A stretch of 42,202 nucleotides of DNA from an archaeon. Its GTDB lineage: Archaea; Iainarchaeota; Iainarchaeia; Iainarchaeales; 1-14-0-10-31-34. The notes under the pieces were generated by a model. The model made no database searches. It was given only the letters and a program-made list of their open reading frames with translations, and was not told the origin of the DNA. The stretch is taken from assembly GCA_043819075.1 (NCBI GenBank), contig JBDRFE010000003.1:1-42202 (forward strand). The letters are read 5' to 3'. Every line of letters starts with the position of its first letter. Position 1 is the stretch's first letter. The position numbers were made by a program, and so were the translations under genes. Shown one piece after another: positions 35,713 through 42,202 of the stretch.

Positions 35713-36708
35713 ATGCAAAAAAAAACAATTCTTTCTTGGGTTTTAAGCTTAATTCTTGTAATAATAATTGTTTCATTGATTGATTCAAAAGAAGTAATAA
35801 AAGGAATAACAAAAATTGGATTAACTAATTTTGTTTTATTAAGCGCATTTTATTCTATTGGATATGTTTTCAGGGCATTGAGATGGAAGGCAATTCTTAA
35901 GCCGATTGCAAGGATTTCATTAAAAGAATCTTTTTTTATCACAAACACCGGCTTTCTTGTCAACGCAGTCCTGCCTGCAAGGGCAGGCGAGATTGCAAGA
36001 GCATATATTCTTGCAAAAAAAAAGAATTTAGGAAAAATAAAGAGTTTTTCAACTGTAATGCTTGACAGGGTAATAGACGGGATGACATTATTCTTGTTTT
36101 TTGTTGTCTCTGTCATTATTATTCCTGTTCCGGAAGAATTCAAGGCAATGCTTTTGGTTCCGGCATTAATTTTTCTCTCAGCTTTTGCCTTTTTTTTTAA
36201 GCCAGACAAATTCAGGTTTATGGCAAAGCCAATAACAGCTTTTTTCCCTTCAGTGAAAGGAAAAATCGAATACGTTTTTCATGAAGTGAAAGAATCAGGA
36301 AAAATTTTTTATTCAGAAAAAAAACAGTTTTTTCTTGTATTCTTTTATTCGGGAATTGTATGGGTTGTTGAAGCACTGCTGTTTTATTTTACTGCAAGAA
36401 TAATCGGAACAGAACTGTCCCTGCCGCTTGTTTTTTTGCTTGTTGTTGTAACAGGTTTTGCCGCAATGATTCCAAGCGCACCAAATTATATCGGCACATT
36501 TGAAGCAGGATTTATTGTTTTTTTTACGGCATTCGGCTTAAGCAATAACTCGGCTGTATCTGTTGCAGTTACAGTGCATTTGATTGAAACAGTTGTAATT
36601 CTTGTGTTAGGAGTAATTTCAATGAACAGGCTGGGTTTGTCTTTTAAAAGTTTTTCTGAAATAAATTTTCAGGAAATAAAAAACAAAAGGAAAGTGAACC
36701 AAAAATGA
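35713..36708 (+). CDS. Flippase-like membrane protein (UPF0104 / lysylphosphatidylglycerol-synthase TM region)
   Basis: RALRW, GFLVNAVLPARAGEIARAY, STVMLDRVID, IPSAPNYIGTFE; multi-TM. Confidence 0.88.
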   Translation: MQKKTILSWVLSLILVIIIVSLIDSKEVIKGITKIGLTNFVLLSAFYSIGYVFRALRWKAILKPIARISLKESFFITNTGFLVNAVLPARAGEIARAYILAKKKNLGKIKSFSTVMLDRVIDGMTLFLFFVVSVIIIPVPEEFKAMLLVPALIFLSAFAFFFKPDKFRFMAKPITAFFPSVKGKIEYVFHEVKESGKIFYSEKKQFFLVFFYSGIVWVVEALLFYFTARIIGTELSLPLVFLLVVVTGFAAMIPSAPNYIGTFEAGFIVFFTAFGLSNNSAVSVAVTVHLIETVVILVLGVISMNRLGLSFKSFSEINFQEIKNKRKVNQK

Positions 36709-38411
36709 AAATAAAAAATTTTCACTTAATATTAATCATTTTATACATTTTGATGATTTTGGTTTCAACTCAATTTTTTTTTGATGACCTGGCATTTGAC
36801 TATTCGGGTTATGCACTGAGGTATAATTCGTTTTTTGATGGCTGGACTCAAAAACAGCATTTAGGAATTCCTACAGGAACCTTTGACCCAATACTTCCAG
36901 GAATTCTTCCATTTATCATAAAATTAATTGGAATAGGAAGCTTTACCATTCCTTTGACGATTTCAATTTTAATAATCAGGATGATTTTTCCTTTTGTTTT
37001 TATCTATCTTGCAAAACCCTTTGGATTTGACAAAAAGATTTCATTTTTTTTAGGAATAATTTTTGTTTTCAACCCGATCCTCTTCAAATTTTTCAACAGA
37101 TTTTATGAATTCACTGCCTGGCTTTTTTTTGTTATGGCTTTTGCTTCCTTTTACGTATTCCTGAAAGAAAAAAAGTTTTCTAAAAAATACTTTGCTTTTA
37201 GCGTTTTGTTTGTGTGTCTCACCGCATTATCCCATGTTAGTGCATTGATGTTTATTGGGATCTCTTTTGGTTTGTTGGTTGAATCAAAAGAAGAAATAAA
37301 AAAACTCCTTGGCGTAGGAATATTAAGTTTTGGAATAATGGCGTTTTGGCTTGTTCCATTCTTTTCATTTTTGAATTTGAGCATACTTGAAAACCAAAAA
37401 GGAATGCTTTTAACCTCAAAAGGAATTGTTTTTTCAGGAATTTTTTTGGCAGCCGCATTGGTTCTTTTTTTATTTTTGTTCAGAAAACTGAAAAGCAAAT
37501 ATTCAAAAATAAACCGTCTGATTTTTGGAAGCCTTGTTTTGGCAACAACAGTCGTTGCTTTTCCTTTGCTCCCTTTAATTGAAAAAGCTTTTGCTCATTC
37601 ATACCATGTTTTTTTCATTTTTGTTTTAATCCTTGCTTTCCTTGTGTTGATAAAAGAAAACGTAATTAAAAAGAGCCATTTGACTATTTTAGGAATTACT
37701 TTGGTTATTGCAGTCCTTTTTACTTTTCCTATTGTTGAAAGACAGTATTTTTTTGACGAGCCGAGACTGAAAGATTATGGAATAGAAAAAATAAATCCCT
37801 TAATAGAACAGGTTCCTGAAAATTCGCGTTTTGAATTACTTCCATATAATCCTATAATTCATTCTTTTGCTGCATTGAAATATAAAAAGCTTTCATTAAA
37901 CGGGTGGGGATATAACGGGTACACATTAAAAGAAAGCAATGAAATTGGAAGCAAAATGGTTTCAATGAATTTGTCATGTGAAAAGTTTATTGAGGGAATT
38001 AAAAAAACTGCGACAAATTACTGGATTGTAATGGATGAAAATGGCGAAAAATATGTTAAGAAATGCGGTTTAAAAGAAAAATCAGAAAAAAAAGAGTTTC
38101 CAAAACTATATTATTATGAAAAGTTTTCTCCTTTAGTTGAAAATGGTAAGTTAATTGAATTTTCGGAAAAAAAAGTTGTGATTGATTCTTTTGGGGGAAA
38201 CGTTTTATTAAAACAAAGCTTTTTTCCGAGATGGAACGCTTATCAAAACGGAAAAAAACTTCAGGTATTGAACGCGAAACCCGGAATTGAGATCATTGAA
38301 ACAAAAAAAGGACTTATTGAATTAAAATATGAAAACTCATTTCAGGATTGGATTGGAATAATAATAACTATAATTTCTGTGAGCGCTTTTATTTTAGTGT
38401 TGAAAAAATAG
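36705..38411 (+). CDS. Polytopic membrane protein, probable GT-C-fold (YfhO-like) glycosyltransferase
   Basis: About 10 hydrophobic segments, acidic first loop (DDLAFDY), AFWLVPF, a soluble domain ending SFFPRWNAYQNGK and a final TM helix. Confidence 0.6.
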   Translation: MKIKNFHLILIILYILMILVSTQFFFDDLAFDYSGYALRYNSFFDGWTQKQHLGIPTGTFDPILPGILPFIIKLIGIGSFTIPLTISILIIRMIFPFVFIYLAKPFGFDKKISFFLGIIFVFNPILFKFFNRFYEFTAWLFFVMAFASFYVFLKEKKFSKKYFAFSVLFVCLTALSHVSALMFIGISFGLLVESKEEIKKLLGVGILSFGIMAFWLVPFFSFLNLSILENQKGMLLTSKGIVFSGIFLAAALVLFLFLFRKLKSKYSKINRLIFGSLVLATTVVAFPLLPLIEKAFAHSYHVFFIFVLILAFLVLIKENVIKKSHLTILGITLVIAVLFTFPIVERQYFFDEPRLKDYGIEKINPLIEQVPENSRFELLPYNPIIHSFAALKYKKLSLNGWGYNGYTLKESNEIGSKMVSMNLSCEKFIEGIKKTATNYWIVMDENGEKYVKKCGLKEKSEKKEFPKLYYYEKFSPLVENGKLIEFSEKKVVIDSFGGNVLLKQSFFPRWNAYQNGKKLQVLNAKPGIEIIETKKGLIELKYENSFQDWIGIIITIISVSAFILVLKK

Positions 38412-38475
38412 CTGAAATTATCATTTAAAAACAATCATTTAAAAAGTGTTGGAAAAACATTCTTTTGTGGTAAAG

Positions 38476-39507
38476 ATGAAAGCGATTACTGGCGGAGCAG
38501 GTTTTATTGGAACCAACTTGGCTGAATTTTTTCTAAAAAAAGGGGAAAAAGTAGTGATTTTGGATAATTTTTCAAGGAAAGGCGCAAAAGAAAACAAGGA
38601 TTATCTGGAAAAAAAATTCAAAAAAAACCTTGAAATAATCAAATGCGATATAAGAACTGACTTAAAAAAAATGCAAGAAGTTTTTTCTCAAGCAGAAGCA
38701 GTTTATCATCTTGCAGCACAGGTTGCTGTGACAACTTCTGTTAAAAATCCACGGGAAGACTTTGAAATAAATGCTTTAGGCACATTCAATGTACTGGAAG
38801 CAGTAAGGAAAAGCAAATCAAATCCTGTTATAATTTATTCTTCCACCAACAAAGTTTATGGTGGAATGGAAGACATTAAAATAACTGAAAGGAATTCAAG
38901 GCATGAATACCAGGACATTCCTGACGGAATAAAAGAAGACAGGCTGTTGGATTTTCATTCACCTTATGGCTGCAGTAAAGGAGCCGGAGACCAGTATGCA
39001 AGAGATTATTCAAGGATTTTTGGATTGAATTCAGTTGTTTTCAGGCAGAGCTGTGTTTACGGCAAAAGGCAGTTTGGAATAGAAGATCAGGGCTGGATTG
39101 CATGGTTTATTATTGCAGCGGTTTTTGGAAAAAAAATTAATATTTATGGAAACGGAAAACAGGTAAGGGATGTCCTTTTTGCAGATGAGTTAAATAAAGC
39201 TTTTGATTTGGCAACACAAAAAATAAAGAAAACAAAGGGAAAAATATTTAATATAGGGGGAGGCCCAAAAAACACGATATCTTTGCTTGAATTAATTTCT
39301 CTTTTAGAGGATCTAACCGAAAAAAAAATTGAATATTGTTTTGATGAATGGCGTCCAGGAGACCAGCCTGTTTATGTTTCAAATATACAGAAAGCAAAAG
39401 AAATTTTTGGATGGCAGCCAGAAATTTCGGCTAAAAAAGGAGTTAAAATTTTGTTTGACTGGGTTAAAGAAAACAAAAAAGAAATAGAAGGATTAAAGCT
39501 GTTTTAA
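38476..39507 (+). CDS. CDP-paratose 2-epimerase (RfbE)-like extended SDR
   Basis: HLAAQVAVTTS, YSSTNKVYG, FHSPYGCSKGAGDQY, QFGIEDQGW, GKQVRDVL, RPGDQ. Confidence 0.85.
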   Translation: MKAITGGAGFIGTNLAEFFLKKGEKVVILDNFSRKGAKENKDYLEKKFKKNLEIIKCDIRTDLKKMQEVFSQAEAVYHLAAQVAVTTSVKNPREDFEINALGTFNVLEAVRKSKSNPVIIYSSTNKVYGGMEDIKITERNSRHEYQDIPDGIKEDRLLDFHSPYGCSKGAGDQYARDYSRIFGLNSVVFRQSCVYGKRQFGIEDQGWIAWFIIAAVFGKKINIYGNGKQVRDVLFADELNKAFDLATQKIKKTKGKIFNIGGGPKNTISLLELISLLEDLTEKKIEYCFDEWRPGDQPVYVSNIQKAKEIFGWQPEISAKKGVKILFDWVKENKKEIEGLKLF

Positions 39508-39618
39508 TTTGTTTATTGTACCAAAAAACCCTTTATAAGAACAAAATCAATTATATTAAAAAGAACAATTTAATTGAATTAATTAGCTGATTTTTGAAGA
39601 AAAAACTAATGATGTTTT

Positions 39619-41007
39619 ATGGATGAAGTGATTAAAGTCAGGGAGTCAGGAGAAATAACTTTCAGAAAAGGGTTGTTTAAAGAAATAAAAACAACAAAAA
39701 AACCCATTCATTTGGTTTTGATTGCAACAAAACCAGACATAATAAAGCAGGCGCCGTTAATTCTTGAACTCAAAAAAGAAAACGAATTTGTTTTAGTGGT
39801 TCATTCAGGACAACATTATTCGTGGAATTTATCCAAAGGAATGGAACAAGAATTCGGGATTAACCCAGACATTAATTTAAATGTAAAAGGAAAATTGTTT
39901 GAACAGCAAAGCCAAATCATTAACCGTTTAGGGATTGTACTGGAAAAAATCGGAACAAAAGTTATTCCATACACTTATGGAGACACCACAACAGCTTTGG
40001 CAGGAGGAATTGCATGTTTTGCATTAAAGAATGGTGTGGCGCATGTTGAAGCAGGATTAAGGACAATGACTCCGCCAAAAGAAATTTTTGATTACTTAAT
40101 GAAGGAATTCATAGTGGAAGAATACTATGAAAAAGCAATGCAAAAAACAGGATGGACTAAGGGGTCATATGAACCTTACCCAGAACAGTTTGACACTCGC
40201 GGAGCAGCACCAAGCGCAGGAATTCATTTTGCGCCAACAGAATTAAACGCAGAGCATTTGGTTAACGAAGGATATGAAAAAGAAAGAATTTTTACTGTAG
40301 GAAATCCAATAGTGGATGCATTAGAGTTTGCAGAAAAAAGAGTTAAGGAAAGTTCAATTTTTGAAAAATATCCGGTATTAGAAGAAGGGAATTTGGTCAG
40401 GTTTTGCATTCACAGAAGAGAAAACATTTCATCAAAGCACAGATTCAAGGTTTTGTATGATTCAATGGCTGAATTAATCAAGCAAGAAAAAAATGTTTTG
40501 CTTATTTCCCTGGGAGCAACAGAAAAAGCCTTGCAGGAATACGGCTTAAAGAAAAAAATAGATGAACTGGCAAAAAAATACAAAAACTTTGTTTACAGTG
40601 AAGTATGGCCTCAATACACTGATGTAATTGCGGCAATGCAGAAATGCACTGCAATAGCAACAGACTCTGGTTCAATTCAAGAAGAAACAAATTTTTTAGG
40701 GGTTCCGGGAATTGTTTTAAGGTTTAATTCAGACAGGCCTGAAGCAGTATTTGAAGGAAGCAATTTAATTGCTCCGCCGATAAAAAAAGAAATTGTATTA
40801 AAAATAATCAAAGAAGTAATGGAAAATAACAATTTAAACAAAAAAATGAAGAACACAAAAAAATTGTATGGAAAAAACGTCTCAAAAAAAATGGTTTCAA
40901 TAACAAAAAAGATAACAGAAAAAGAAGAATTATTTGAATTGTTTGAACACGAAAGGCTTGGGTTAAGCAAAAAAGATTTCTGGAAAGAAGGCGGGATAGA
41001 ATGGTAA
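39619..41007 (+). CDS. wecB: UDP-N-acetylglucosamine 2-epimerase family protein (long variant)
   Basis: ATKPDIIK, HSGQHY, YGDTTT, HVEAGLRT, FAPT, VGNPIVD, HRREN, TDSGSIQEE, RPE. Confidence 0.85.
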   Translation: MDEVIKVRESGEITFRKGLFKEIKTTKKPIHLVLIATKPDIIKQAPLILELKKENEFVLVVHSGQHYSWNLSKGMEQEFGINPDINLNVKGKLFEQQSQIINRLGIVLEKIGTKVIPYTYGDTTTALAGGIACFALKNGVAHVEAGLRTMTPPKEIFDYLMKEFIVEEYYEKAMQKTGWTKGSYEPYPEQFDTRGAAPSAGIHFAPTELNAEHLVNEGYEKERIFTVGNPIVDALEFAEKRVKESSIFEKYPVLEEGNLVRFCIHRRENISSKHRFKVLYDSMAELIKQEKNVLLISLGATEKALQEYGLKKKIDELAKKYKNFVYSEVWPQYTDVIAAMQKCTAIATDSGSIQEETNFLGVPGIVLRFNSDRPEAVFEGSNLIAPPIKKEIVLKIIKEVMENNNLNKKMKNTKKLYGKNVSKKMVSITKKITEKEELFELFEHERLGLSKKDFWKEGGIEW

Positions 41008-41103
41008 CAAATTATATTAGCCCAAAAAAACAAATAAATAAAGTTATAAAATTTTACTGGACAATTTAACTTATGCATAAAAAATCAAGGTTGTGATAAA
41101 AAA

Positions 41104-41736
41104 ATGAAGCCGGCAAAATATTATCAAAAAGAATACCATAAAACAAACACAAATCTGCCAAGAAACACTTCAACTGAACTGCTAAAAAAATACCTTAAAT
41201 CAGAAGCTTTAGATGTTGGATGCGGGCAAGGGGTAATGGTAAAAGAATTAAGTGAAGACATAAAAGTATTTGGGTGCGATCTTTACCCTGAAGTAATAAA
41301 ATTGGGAGACAACTTTTTTATTCATGACATGGAAAAAAATCCAACAAAAAAAAAATTTAATTCAATTTATTCACTTCATGTTTTGGAGCATGTTTTTGAT
41401 TACATTAGTTTTTTAAAAAATATTAGAGACAGTTTAAAAGACGACGGAACCCTGTTTATAGCAGTCCCTAATTGTTATTCTTTACTTTCACGAACTAAAT
41501 TTTTTTTAGGAAATGAAAATATTACTATGGGTGTTGGAGAAATTAACTGTGTTGAAAACAATCATCTTGAACCTCATATAAGGTTTTTTGGCATAAAATC
41601 CTTGAAAACAATTTTGGAAAAAAACGGGTTTGAAGTCAAAGAATACTTTGGGACAACCGGAGGGAATAAATCTGTTTTAGGAAATCTTGCCGGGCAATTA
41701 AACTTTGTATGCAAGAAGGGCCCTATTGATTTATAA
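41104..41736 (+). CDS. Class I SAM-dependent methyltransferase
   Basis: LDVGCGQG, HVLEHV, LKDDGTLFIAVPN, HIRFF. Confidence 0.88.
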   Translation: MKPAKYYQKEYHKTNTNLPRNTSTELLKKYLKSEALDVGCGQGVMVKELSEDIKVFGCDLYPEVIKLGDNFFIHDMEKNPTKKKFNSIYSLHVLEHVFDYISFLKNIRDSLKDDGTLFIAVPNCYSLLSRTKFFLGNENITMGVGEINCVENNHLEPHIRFFGIKSLKTILEKNGFEVKEYFGTTGGNKSVLGNLAGQLNFVCKKGPIDL

Positions 41737-41749
41737 AAAAGGAATTTGT

Positions 41750-42202
41750 ATGTTGAAAACGCCAAGCATTATAATCCTGACTTTCAACAGACAGGAAGTA
41801 ATAGAAAAAACCCTTAAAGGAATGCTTAAACTTGATTACCCTAAATATGAAGTAATAGTGATAAATGACGGCAGCAAAGATGAAACAAAAAAAGTTTTGG
41901 AAAAATTCAAGAATGAAAAGAAAATAACTGTTGTGAATAATGAGAAAGAAAAAGGGCCTTGCGGTGCAAGAAACCAAGGGATTAAAATGGCAAAAAACGA
42001 TTTTGTAATAGTAATGGATGATGATTGTATCCCGGAAAAAAAATGGCTGAAAACAATGGTTTCAGGTTTTAATTCAGATAAAGTCGGAATGGTTTCAGGT
42101 TATTCACTGCATGGGGGAACTTCAACTGCTTTCAGCAGGAAAGCATTGGATAAAACAGGGTTATATGATGAAGAATACTTTTATTACAGAGAAGACACTG
42201 AT
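41750..42202 (+). CDS. Glycosyltransferase family 2 (3' end outside the window; absent from the ORF track)
   Basis: Manual translation MLKTPSIIILTFNRQE...YEVIVINDGSKD...GPCGARNQG...VMDDDC...YYREDTD, open to the window end. Confidence 0.9.
   Translation, partial: MLKTPSIIILTFNRQEVIEKTLKGMLKLDYPKYEVIVINDGSKDETKKVLEKFKNEKKITVVNNEKEKGPCGARNQGIKMAKNDFVIVMDDDCIPEKKWLKTMVSGFNSDKVGMVSGYSLHGGTSTAFSRKALDKTGLYDEEYFYYREDTD

Noticed and set aside
1..42202. Homopolymer runs as phase-variation sites; tRNA, SRP, RNase P or C/D-box RNA genes
   Set aside because: A/T runs are ubiquitous and no glycosylation gene appears frameshifted. No cloverleaf or box C/D pair was recognised in the spacers by eye; a covariance-model scan would be needed to exclude them.

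Overview
AT-rich, compact archaeal chromosome segment. Archaeal markers include TBP, Rpo4, P0/P1 stalk proteins, Spt5, eL21 and AglB. The stand-alone 5S rRNA, AMP phosphorylase and divergent housekeeping proteins are consistent with a DPANN lineage, possibly Iainarchaeota/Diapherotrites; this is inference only. Layout: (1) 1-5040, the 3' part of a large cysteine-rich repetitive surface protein, convergent with a secreted Lon-type (S16) protease; (2) 5.3-10.9 kb, the conserved ftsZ-secE-spt5-rpl11 / rpl1-rpl10-rpl12 cluster, interrupted by three unexplained small genes, one a hyperacidic 66-aa ORF; (3) 11.1-16.8 kb, pyrB-pyrI-pyrC-pyrE-pyrF followed by AMP phosphorylase; (4) 16.8-20.1 kb, rpl21e-rpo4-DUF655-ksgA (methyltransferase motifs degenerate), TBP with a histone-H1-like tail, and 5S rRNA; (5) 20.2 kb to the end, a >22 kb N-glycosylation locus with aglB, aglH-alg14-alg13, two NDP-sugar C-methyltransferases, two radical SAM enzymes, three SDR epimerases and several glycosyltransferases. 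Best leads: a candidate pathway for C-methyl-branched sugars on an archaeal N-glycan, a shared ATTGTACCAA promoter motif across that locus, the H1-tailed TBP and the polyacidic microprotein, an apparently inactive KsgA, a 141-bp MITE-like element before aglB, and a probable CTG start for alg13. All assignments are from reading motifs by eye; no searches were run.
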